The translations under genes were made by a program, and so were the position numbers. Below the pieces are notes generated by a model. The model was not told the DNA's origin. It saw only the letters and a program-made list of their open reading frames with translations, and ran no database searches. A stretch of DNA of 32,000 nt from Ferroglobus placidus DSM 10642. GTDB taxonomy: Archaea > Halobacteriota > Archaeoglobi > Archaeoglobales > Archaeoglobaceae. Positions 18,595 to 26,027 of this stretch are shown piece after piece (the stretch's first letter is position 1; each line of letters starts with the position of its first letter). The stretch spans positions 420,001 through 452,000 of the forward strand of contig NC_013849.1 of assembly GCF_000025505.1 (NCBI RefSeq), read 5' to 3'.

Positions 18595-20031
18595 GTGGAT
18601 TCTGTCAGATTAGATGAGGACACAAAAGATAGGCCTGACCAGGGCAGATTAAAGGTACTTCTTACGATTTTCTTTGCTGGAGACGCCAGAGACGACGGAG
18701 ACGAATGTAAGGCTGGAGGAGATGATGGAAGTAGGAGTGTGGGCAAAAACGGGGACAGAGATAGAGTCGGGGGCGGAAAGGGAGTAAGTCTTGGGGAAAT
18801 AGCCCGGAAGTGCGGACTGTCCCGCAAGAACACGCTGAAACACCTGAATGCCCTCGTTGAAGCAGGATACATTGTTAAGGAGGGAAGTAGGAGGGGGGCA
18901 GTTTACACTCTCACCAAAGAGGGGAGGAGGGCTGTTGAGGAGGTTTTGGAAAGATGCGATCACGTGGGTGTGGATTACCTCAAGAGGTTTTTTGAATGGA
19001 CAGAGGGTGGAAGCGGAGGAAGCGAGGGAATGGCTGGAGAGAGGAGCTTGGACTGCGGGCTGGGCTGGTTCGAGCTGAAGGTGCTGGAGCATTACGGCTA
19101 CATTGAAAGAAGCAGGAGTACAGGAGAGGGTGCAGGAGGTAGTAGCAGGAGTGTAGGAGGGGTAGGGAGTGAGGAGGGAAAGGAGGGTGAAGAGGAGGGA
19201 GCGGCCAGGGAGGGAGAGGGAGAAGGAGAGAGGGAGGAGGCAATAGCGATAAAGATCACGGATAAGGGGAAGGAGGTTCTGAAGAAGGCATACCTGCAGG
19301 AGCTCAGGAGTGCTGTTGCCGCTCTGGAGAGGCTTGGTGTGAGGGTTCGCAGGAGCAAAAGCAAGGGCAAGGACAAGGACAGGGGCAGGGACAGGGACAG
19401 GAGTGGGAGCAGAGGAAGGGGAAGGAGTGAAAGTGAGGAGGACAGGAGGTCTGAGGAGGTATCAGAGGGGGTATCAGAGTTAGAAGGGGAAGGGGCAGAG
19501 GTGACAGATCAGGTGTCAGCCGTTCCCGTCCCGGCACCTGTATCTGTACCGGCCTCACTTTCAACTGTTTCACAGGCGCCGGTTTCAGCCTCAGACCCGT
19601 CTCTAGCCTCACCAACTCCTTCAGGTTCAGCACCAGCTCCTGGACCAGTTCTAGGTTCAGATTCAGGTTCAGCTGCAGATTCAGGTTCAGCTTCAAGTTC
19701 AACACCTGGCCTGAAACCGGACTTGGACTGGAAAGAGGGCTGGGAAGAGTGGAGGAGGAAAATAGCTGCCTCATTCGACCTGCTGAAGGACAGGCTGAGG
19801 GAGAGGGCAACGTTTGCAGATGGCAGGCTGCACATCGACGATCCTCCATACAGCATCACCGTGCTGCCTGATGGTAGCACATTCTTCAAAATAGGGGAAG
19901 AGGTGGTTGCGGCCCTGACAGCTGAAGGAGTGCGTGTCAGAGAGGACTGTGCCGGAGATGTTGCAGACTGGTGTATAGCCCTGGCGGCAATCTGCGACTC
20001 TCCCTTCAGGTCAGGAAATGAGTGGGGATGA
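18595..20031 (+). CDS. Winged-HTH regulator with long low-complexity linker and separate C-terminal domain
   Basis: GVSLGEIARKCGLSRKNTLKHLNALVEAGYIVKEGSRRGAVYTLTKEGRRAVEEVL is a typical wHTH. A charged then Ser/Pro/Ala-rich linker is followed by PPYSITVLPDGSTFFKIGEEVVAALTAEGV. Confidence 0.85.
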   Translation: MDSVRLDEDTKDRPDQGRLKVLLTIFFAGDARDDGDECKAGGDDGSRSVGKNGDRDRVGGGKGVSLGEIARKCGLSRKNTLKHLNALVEAGYIVKEGSRRGAVYTLTKEGRRAVEEVLERCDHVGVDYLKRFFEWTEGGSGGSEGMAGERSLDCGLGWFELKVLEHYGYIERSRSTGEGAGGSSRSVGGVGSEEGKEGEEEGAAREGEGEGEREEAIAIKITDKGKEVLKKAYLQELRSAVAALERLGVRVRRSKSKGKDKDRGRDRDRSGSRGRGRSESEEDRRSEEVSEGVSELEGEGAEVTDQVSAVPVPAPVSVPASLSTVSQAPVSASDPSLASPTPSGSAPAPGPVLGSDSGSAADSGSASSSTPGLKPDLDWKEGWEEWRRKIAASFDLLKDRLRERATFADGRLHIDDPPYSITVLPDGSTFFKIGEEVVAALTAEGVRVREDCAGDVADWCIALAAICDSPFRSGNEWG

Positions 20032-20181
20032 GCGGGCACGAGGGTGCAGAGGACGCATAGGTGCGGAAAGAGTGAGGTGAAGAATGAAGGAATTTGCTTT
20101 TCCGGCCCTGAAGAAAACCCATCCAGAAGAGAAGAAGGGAGAAGAGAAGAAAGGAAGGAAAGATAAGAAAGGAAAAAGAGA

Positions 20182-20433
20182 ATGGAGGTGGTAGATTTGG
20201 AGAATAAGGAAACGGTCGGTTATGTTTGTGGAAAACAGATTGTTGTTCCGGAGTGCCCTTTCTGCGGCAGGCCCCACTTCCATGGACACACCGGTGAGAA
20301 GATTGGAGAAGTGGCAGGCAGAGTGTCTCACTGCATGGAGGGGCATTATTTAATTCGAATTGAGGATAAGGAGTGCCTCTCAGAGAAGGAGATTGTGAAG
20401 AGGGCTTTAGGAAAGAAGAATGGTTTGAGGTGA
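20182..20433 (+). CDS. Small zinc-binding protein
   Basis: VPECPFCGRPHFHGHTGEKIGEVAGRVSHCMEGHYLI (CxxC...HxHxH...C..GH). Confidence 0.7.
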   Translation: MEVVDLENKETVGYVCGKQIVVPECPFCGRPHFHGHTGEKIGEVAGRVSHCMEGHYLIRIEDKECLSEKEIVKRALGKKNGLR

Positions 20434-20437
20434 AAGG

Positions 20438-20758
20438 GTGAGGAGTGAAGAACACTTCTTCGGGTTTCTCAACAGAGGTCTGCTGAAGTTTGCAAAGCTG
20501 ATGAAGGAAAAGGTGCGCTTTCAGGATGCCATCGAGATTGCAATGAGCAGCAACGATGTTGAGCTGTGCTTTGTGGCCGGCCTGCTCTTTGGCTCTCTGA
20601 TGCCTGATGAAGCTGTGATGGGGTTCATTGAGCTTGTTGAGATGGTGGTTGGAATGCTTGAGAAGGGTAAAGCAGACAGCGAGATTCTTGAAACTCTGGA
20701 TAGTCTGAGAAAAAATTTCACAGCTGACACTGTTGGCAGCACACCCGTGGGTGGGTGA
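20438..20758 (+). CDS. Hypothetical small helical protein
   Basis: 106 aa, starts 5 nt after the upstream stop; GTG start. Confidence 0.55.
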   Translation: MRSEEHFFGFLNRGLLKFAKLMKEKVRFQDAIEIAMSSNDVELCFVAGLLFGSLMPDEAVMGFIELVEMVVGMLEKGKADSEILETLDSLRKNFTADTVGSTPVGG

Positions 20759-20784
20759 GAGGTGGGAGGAGAAGCCCCAGGAGG

Positions 20785-20868
20785 GCAGACTCCTTCTCAT
20801 TGTTAATTTATAGAGTAGTTTATAGAGAAGGAGGGCCGGGTTTCAGGGTTTAAACCCTTGCCACCCCC
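20785..20868 (+). ncRNA. tRNA-like/hairpin element, second copy (divergent)
   Basis: gactccttctc...gagaaggagggccgggtttCAGGGTTTAAACCCTTGCCACCCCC parallels the element at 22225-22308. Confidence 0.4.
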
Positions 20869-20915
20869 AGAAACTGCGCAGAGGAGATCTCCCAGAACTG
20901 CGCGAAAAACTGCAG

Positions 20916-21025
20916 AGTGGACTAATATCATCGTCTTCGTCCTCCTCAACACCTTCCCGGGTGTCCGACCTCCGGCCGGCTTTAAACGGTGGACTCGTAT
21001 CATCGTTCCCATCCTCTTTTGCAAC
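20916..21025 (-). repeat. Repeat array 2: two 38-nt direct repeats separated by a 34-nt spacer, inverted relative to array 1
   Basis: Minus strand: GTTGCAAAAGAGGATGGGAACGATGATACGAGTCCACC (21025-20988), spacer, GGTGTTGAGGAGGACGAAGACGATGATATTAGTCCACT (20953-20916). Confidence 0.7.
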
Positions 21026-21032
21026 CCCTCGC

Positions 21033-21093
21033 CATATGTCTCCGTTTCTGCTTAAATACCTATTTTAAGTTAAAGGGCTTCACATTAAATCCG
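21033..21093 (-). promoter_or_regulatory. Conserved leader of repeat array 2
   Basis: Minus strand: cggatttaatgtgaagccctttaacttaa...tatttaagcagaaacggagacatatg, near-identical to 13772-13871. Confidence 0.7.
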
Positions 21094-21300
21094 AGTAATT
21101 GGGAGAGAGTTCTGGCTAATTATTTATTCCCGAAACCACTAACCCATTTAACCTTGCAGAACTTGCTCTTTCCGGGCACTGATACACTTCTGCCCCTCAA
21201 CCTCAGAAAGATTTATATACTCTGTAGTGTAGTAAATTACAGTAATCATCACGCTCATAAACAAACTAACCAAGAGCAACATCCACCTAGGCACCCTCCA

Positions 21301-21530
21301 CCAATCTCAGGTGCCCGGCCTCCGGCTGGGCGTTAAAAGGCCTGGATTGGTGGCAATCCCCCTCCGGGGGATTGGTCGGGTGCCTAGCACCCGTGGGTGC
21401 CGCCTCCGGCGGCTCAAGCTCACGGGTGCAACCCCCCGGACACCCCCTCCGGGGGTGGAAGGGGGCAGGTTGCCTCCCTCCGGGAGGCGGTAAGACTAAA
21501 GGCCCCGGAGCGCTTTGGATCGCCCGGGGG
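21301..21530 (+). ncRNA. Candidate highly structured GC-rich RNA (strand uncertain)
   Basis: Stems 21313-21331, 21354-21374, 21399-21413, 21441-21457 and 21472-21488, each with apex CC-TCC-GG. Enclosing 9-bp stem GCACCCGTG (21387-21395) with CACGGGTGC (21421-21429). Confidence 0.6.
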
Positions 21531-21729
21531 AAGGAGATGTGATACTTAGCTTTGTCTATCATATAAAACAAAAAACACCGGCCAGAAACAAAAAGAAACA
21601 AAGCCTGAAAGAAAAGTCTGAGACGAAAAAGAGACCAGAGAAAACAAAAGGAAGCAAAAAACTCGCCGAACAAAGCCGAACAGCAAAAGCAGAGTAAGAG
21701 GTAGTCGATTCTGTCATTTTATGATTTCC

Positions 21730-21862
21730 CTACCACCTGCTCCCCTCCCTACCACCCTACTTCCCTACCACTCTCGCCCCTCCCTACCACCTACCCTCCA
21801 ACATCCAAACCCCTACCACTCCCCTACCACTTCCCACCTCCCACCTTCCACACTGACCCAAC
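21730..21862. repeat. Pyrimidine-rich CCCTACCAC repeats, second copy
   Basis: ccctaccacc/cttccctaccactc units; shares 'ccctccaacatccaaacc' with 11700-11720. Confidence 0.7.
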
Positions 21863-21875
21863 ATACCTCTCACTA

Positions 21876-21970
21876 TATGCCGTGGCTCAGCTGGCAGAGT
21901 GGGTGACTTGTGACCTGTAACCCAGGTCGCAGGTTCAGTGAGTTCAGCTGGTTCAAGTCCCGCCGGCACC
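21876..21970 (+). tRNA. tRNA-like sequence with insertions/duplications, possibly degenerate or intron-containing
   Basis: TGCCG/CGGCA partial acceptor; TGGCTCAGCTGGCAGAGT D-arm; TGGGT...ACCCA; GCAGGTTCAGTGAGTTCAGCTGGTTCAAGTCCCGC T-arm with an apparent 18-nt partial duplication. Confidence 0.45.
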
Positions 21971-22017
21971 TCTTTTTTGGAGTTTGGGTAACGATCCCCA
22001 TAAAAGGAGGTGGTCGT

Positions 22018-22179
22018 ATGCCAGTTGACATTGTAACTCAGGCCGTTTGTAAGGCTGTCGCAGTACTGGCCATTGGTCAGTTAGTTGCGACAGCCGTAAT
22101 TCTCAGACTTCTGTTATACTTGAAGGTGCTGCCACCAGTTTCTGCAGAAGACTACAGGAAAAAACAGGAAAAAAGCTGA
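22018..22179 (+). CDS. Short single-TM protein
   Basis: AAAGGAGGTGGTCGT-ATG; MPVDIVTQAVCKAVAVLAIGQLVATAVILRLLLYLKVLPPV. Confidence 0.65.
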   Translation: MPVDIVTQAVCKAVAVLAIGQLVATAVILRLLLYLKVLPPVSAEDYRKKQEKS

Positions 22180-22224
22180 GCGTTAACCCGGATTTTTTGG
22201 GTTTTTAAATTTTTGAAGCTCCAT

Positions 22225-22308
22225 GGGGGCGGATCCCGGACTCCTTCTCCTGTGCAATTTACAGGGGAAGGAGGGCCGGGTTTCCGGGTTCGAATCCCGG
22301 CCGCCCCC
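22225..22308 (+). ncRNA. 84-nt tRNA-like structure
   Basis: GGGGGCGG/CCGCCCCC 8-bp closing stem, perfect T-arm CCGGG-TTCGAAT-CCCGG, and a long central hairpin CTCCTTCTCCTGTgcaattTACAGGGGAAGGAG in place of normal D/anticodon arms. Confidence 0.5.
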
Positions 22309-22329
22309 GGAAAAAAAGGAGTGACTACT

Positions 22330-22737
22330 ATGAAAGTAGGTGAGAAAATATATAAGGGTTTTGGTAGGGCCCTTACCAGGGTCCACAGGGCCGTCGCCCC
22401 CCTAGTGGGGGCAGTAAAGTCAGCGCTTGCGTATTTTGTGGAGAGAGTGGAGTTTGAGTACGAAGTCTATAGAACTATTCTGAGTCTTTATCCAGCGACT
22501 CTAAAAGCGGTGTTCAGAGGCGACAGAACAACAGCTACAGAGATCCGAAGAAGTGTGTGGAGGGCCTGCAAACTGTATGCAGCCCTCCACAGCCCAGCGC
22601 CGACGATCAGCAGTCCACCAGCCCAGTATTTAACAGGGTGCATGGACAACACTGAATTCAGAGAACAGCTAGGAGAGCAGCTGAAAAAGGAACTCCAGGA
22701 GCTGCAGGAGCTGGGGAGGGGAGGTGAGAACCAATGA
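22330..22737 (+). CDS. Hypothetical helical protein
   Basis: 135 aa from ATG at 22330 (AAAAAGGAGTGACTACT-ATG); overlaps the next ATG. Confidence 0.75.
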   Translation: MKVGEKIYKGFGRALTRVHRAVAPLVGAVKSALAYFVERVEFEYEVYRTILSLYPATLKAVFRGDRTTATEIRRSVWRACKLYAALHSPAPTISSPPAQYLTGCMDNTEFREQLGEQLKKELQELQELGRGGENQ

Positions 22738-23252
22738 CCCTCCCCTTAGTTTATAATGATGGCTGGGTCCTCGGGGCCGAGGGCCTCACTCCCGAGGACC
22801 TGGCCTCGAAACCGCAGAAGCAGAGAACAGAGAAGAAGGACGCTTTTAACATTAACTTAGTGATGTCAAAGATAAGCAAAGATAAGGGCAAAAACGGAAG
22901 CAGTGGTAACGGCAGGAACGGCCAGAGAGTCGAAAAGGTCGAAGTAGAACCTCAGGGTACAGTGATTGTCAAGGGAGAAAACGTAGTAATCTCAGAGCGC
23001 AACGGAGCACTAGTGATTCAGCAAAGGTATGTGGAAGTCAAAACGATAATCAGAAAAGTTCTTGTGAGAAGGAGAAGGAACGGAGAGGTTACAAAGGAAA
23101 AAGTAACACAGAAAGTCACAGAGAAACCCTACGTAATAATAGTACCAGCGATGTACAGGGATAACCCCGTTGAATACCTGAAAGCAGTGAAACCAAAGAA
23201 CGGCGGAAAGAGGGTCATCAAGGAGGCTATAGCTCTCCTCAGCAAACTCTAA
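22734..23252 (+). CDS. Hypothetical basic protein
   Basis: 172 aa; GAGGTGAGAACCA-ATG; ATGA overlap with previous gene. Confidence 0.75.
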   Translation: MTLPLVYNDGWVLGAEGLTPEDLASKPQKQRTEKKDAFNINLVMSKISKDKGKNGSSGNGRNGQRVEKVEVEPQGTVIVKGENVVISERNGALVIQQRYVEVKTIIRKVLVRRRRNGEVTKEKVTQKVTEKPYVIIVPAMYRDNPVEYLKAVKPKNGGKRVIKEAIALLSKL

Positions 23253-23306
23253 TTCCGCTTTTCCAGTTTTTTGGTTTTTTTGGTTTTAGGTTGGGAGGTG
23301 AGAAGA

Positions 23307-23972
23307 ATGTCTTCAACTTTTGCCGGAGGAGATTTTGGGTATATTAGGATCCCGCTGGACCAAGGCGCCAGGCTAGTAATCACACATGACACCCTGAAAA
23401 TCTTTCCTCTTGGGACAACCTCCCCTGCCGCACTGGCAGAACCGAGAGCCGCTAGAACAAGGCCAAAAGCCGACACCGTCGCCAAACCCATCACCAAACC
23501 CAGTCCAGCAGAACCGGAAATAGAATCAATCGGGAACAGCGTGGCAGTGGCCGTCAACGGGTTCAGGTTCATTCAGCTGTGTACCGGATACTATCCTCGC
23601 TGCAGTGAGCCAAAGATAAGGATATTCGACTGGAATGACTGGGTCACAGTCGCAAGCAGGCGGAGGGGACCATTCTGGCCCACGTTCCGCCGAAAGGACT
23701 GGGTGCTGAGAGAGTTCAGAGCCCGCACCATGCCAGAGAGAATCAAATTCATGGCATGGCTGGAGAGAAAAAGCGTGTATTCACGGACAACCAGGGCCTT
23801 CAGAATTTACCCGGACGGGACACTGGAGAACATCGACTACATCGGGACGGATTTCAGGGACAACATCGAGGTGTACATGAACAACCTGAAGTACGTGGAG
23901 GGAAAGGAGCTGCTAAAGTATTCACCACTTGTCCACAGATTTACAAAGGAGCTGCTGGGAGAGTCTTTTTGA
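23307..23972 (+). CDS. Hypothetical protein
   Basis: 221 aa from ATG at 23307 with GGGAGGTG RBS. Confidence 0.75.
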   Translation: MSSTFAGGDFGYIRIPLDQGARLVITHDTLKIFPLGTTSPAALAEPRAARTRPKADTVAKPITKPSPAEPEIESIGNSVAVAVNGFRFIQLCTGYYPRCSEPKIRIFDWNDWVTVASRRRGPFWPTFRRKDWVLREFRARTMPERIKFMAWLERKSVYSRTTRAFRIYPDGTLENIDYIGTDFRDNIEVYMNNLKYVEGKELLKYSPLVHRFTKELLGESF

Positions 23973-24027
23973 TTTTTGAGTTTTGGTTTGGGTTTTGGAG
24001 TTTTGTTTGATTTAAGGAGGTGGTATT

Positions 24028-24696
24028 ATGGGTAAAACTTGGAAGGAGTTGGGGATTAGTAGGAAGAAAGGTGGGAAGAAGAAAAACAAGAAGAGCGGGA
24101 GCAAGCTCAAACCAGTCTGGACTCCTCCTGCACCAAGGAAGAGAGGCACAGTTGAGGAGTTTGAGAACCTCGGCATGAAGGTAGAGTGGGTTGATGGCAA
24201 AGTGATCATCCACCGCAACGGGAGGGTCGAGACCTACAACAACTTCGACGAGCTGAGAGTACCCAGCAGGAAAGGCATCAAAAACCTGAACGTTCAGCAG
24301 CCCAAACCAAATGCAGTGTACACTGAGCACAATGGAGTTAAGTACTACCTCTTCCCCAACATCAACGTTGCGGTTGCCATGCGCGTTACCTACTGGCCCG
24401 ACGAGTCTGAGGTGCAGCCACCAGAACACCTCTTCGGCCCCGCAACCCCTCAGGAATTTGCAGATGCTATAAGAGCCAGAATACAGAGCGGCAGTCTGAA
24501 CCCGCAGGCCGAGAAAATATACAGGGAATACAAGGAGAAGGCGTGGAAACAGCAGACAAGGAAAGCTGTGAGCAGGGCAATCAGGGCTGTTGCAAAGCAG
24601 AATGGGGTGCAACTGCCACCCAGGGACGTCCCGGTATCCCAAGCGCTCATCGAGGAAATGCAGGAGAGAGGTTTTGAGGTTAAGATTAAGGCATAA
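24028..24696 (+). CDS. Hypothetical protein with FPNINV-type domain shared with 26690-27010
   Basis: 222 aa; RBS GGAGGTGG; GVKYYLFPNINVAVAMRVTYWPDESEVQPPEHLFGPATPQEFADAIRARI. Confidence 0.8.
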   Translation: MGKTWKELGISRKKGGKKKNKKSGSKLKPVWTPPAPRKRGTVEEFENLGMKVEWVDGKVIIHRNGRVETYNNFDELRVPSRKGIKNLNVQQPKPNAVYTEHNGVKYYLFPNINVAVAMRVTYWPDESEVQPPEHLFGPATPQEFADAIRARIQSGSLNPQAEKIYREYKEKAWKQQTRKAVSRAIRAVAKQNGVQLPPRDVPVSQALIEEMQERGFEVKIKA

Positions 24697-24744
24697 TTGG
24701 TTATTCTTCTTCCTGTCAAAAGCACTTTTACTGGAGGTGAGGTT

Positions 24745-25443
24745 ATGGACGAGCTATTTTTTGAAGTTTGCTTTGGGTGTTGGGGCCTATCCCCTGCACC
24801 CAGAACCATTATCTGCCACTGGGATGGAGACCACATCCCTGCTGACATGAGCATCAGACTGTATGCCCCATTCTTCCCTCCTAACAAATACAAAAAATAC
24901 ACAAGGAATTTTACCAAGATAGACTTCAGAAATACCAGAGACAATGTGATCAGTACGGGATCTTTAAGGATATACGTACTGCCTGTAACCGACAGAGATG
25001 TGAGGGAAATAGCAGGTGTGGAGCACAGATTCCACAGCTCCAGCAAGAGTGCTGTACCTCTACTGCTTCTGGTGAGTGAAAGCGGTAATGAGTGTGCTGT
25101 CAAAGCTTACCTCTACATTGATGATCTTGACGCTGACGACTTTGAAGTTCTGGAAAAGCTCGTAGATCACTACCAGTCCGTATACAAAAACTTCGCTGTT
25201 ATCGTTCCAGTTTATCTCGGGACGAATGCTCACAAGTCAAGGTATCCCACAGAGCTGAGAGAGCTCTCTATAGGGTTTGTCGGGAAAATGGCTGAAAGAG
25301 GGATAGACGTGTATATAATCCCTCATGCGGAGGGAGTCACGGGGCCTTTCATCACTTCCAGACTGCCCCAGGTTGATGTGGATAAATTACACGTGCTCCC
25401 CAGAATTTACCAGCCCGCATGCAGGGAGGTTAAGGGACACTAA
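24745..25443 (+). CDS. Hypothetical protein
   Basis: 232 aa; RBS GGAGGTGAGGTT-ATG at 24745; the listed start at 24697 is upstream of the RBS. Confidence 0.75.
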   Translation: MDELFFEVCFGCWGLSPAPRTIICHWDGDHIPADMSIRLYAPFFPPNKYKKYTRNFTKIDFRNTRDNVISTGSLRIYVLPVTDRDVREIAGVEHRFHSSSKSAVPLLLLVSESGNECAVKAYLYIDDLDADDFEVLEKLVDHYQSVYKNFAVIVPVYLGTNAHKSRYPTELRELSIGFVGKMAERGIDVYIIPHAEGVTGPFITSRLPQVDVDKLHVLPRIYQPACREVKGH

Positions 25444-25444
25444 G

Positions 25445-25972
25445 TCAGCGAGGCCTTTGCCGGTAGTCTTCGGACACAGGATAGCTGTTGAACTTTATCC
25501 TGCTCTCACTCATCAGAACATACACCACACCCTCCCCCTCTTCGATGTTCACCCTGAACTCGATGCTGTATTTGTCTCTCACCCTCTCAACAACCTCATC
25601 CACCGTCTCCGGTGGGTCAACAACTTTTGCCCGCAGGTCGTCGATGCAGGCAAGAATCTCTCCACGCTCCATACATATCTCTGCAATCTTTTTCAGCAAC
25701 TCATCACTGAACCCAACTTTGAGGGGGACAATTTCGCAGCCATCCGGCATCCCGTAATCAAACATCTCGAACACTGGGTTTATGAGTTCCGACACCTGCA
25801 AAATGCCGCTGTAATAGCGCCTCAGTGCCAGGGTGTTATCCAGAGCACCGAGGTAGAGGGAAAGAGCCCTTGTAAACTCCCTGCTCAGATCTCCTTTCCT
25901 GAATTTGACCGCTCCCCTAAACGTATCCCACACATCCCTGTCAAGCTTCAGATTCACAAACATATACTCCAT
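25445..25972 (-). CDS. RHH-like DNA-binding/regulatory protein, paralog A
   Basis: FVNLKLDRDVWDTFRGAVKFRKGDLSREFTRALSLYLGAL plus C-terminal domain. Confidence 0.7.
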   Translation of the reverse strand: MEYMFVNLKLDRDVWDTFRGAVKFRKGDLSREFTRALSLYLGALDNTLALRRYYSGILQVSELINPVFEMFDYGMPDGCEIVPLKVGFSDELLKKIAEICMERGEILACIDDLRAKVVDPPETVDEVVERVRDKYSIEFRVNIEEGEGVVYVLMSESRIKFNSYPVSEDYRQRPR

Positions 25973-26027
25973 CAAGATCACCTCACAGCTCCAGAAGCTC
26001 AAAAGAAAGAAAAAATAAAAACAACAG

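Noticed and set aside
19098-20039. Minus-strand Ser/Pro/Leu-rich ORFs opposite the wHTH gene
   Set aside because: Translations of the complement of a GA-rich low-complexity linker (LLLPPPSS...), typical shadow ORFs.
21313-21488. Interpreting the hairpin apices as canonical UNCG (cUCCGg) tetraloops
   Set aside because: The stems pair best in the CC-[UCC]-GG triloop register; forcing a UCCG tetraloop shifts the helix and introduces mismatches in most stems.
21301-21530. SRP RNA or RNase P RNA
   Set aside because: None of the conserved motifs (e.g. GGAAGGAGCAGC-type SRP domain IV, GAGGAAAGUCC of RNase P) were found by eye.
21287-21673. Minus- and plus-strand ORFs over the GC-rich hairpin block
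   Set aside because: The block is explained by nested inverted repeats; translations are Pro/Gly/Arg-rich and have no RBS.
23941-24642. 233-aa minus ORF opposite 24028-24696
   Set aside because: The plus strand has a strong RBS and globular protein; the minus frame includes the T-rich leader complement (KQNSKIKK...).
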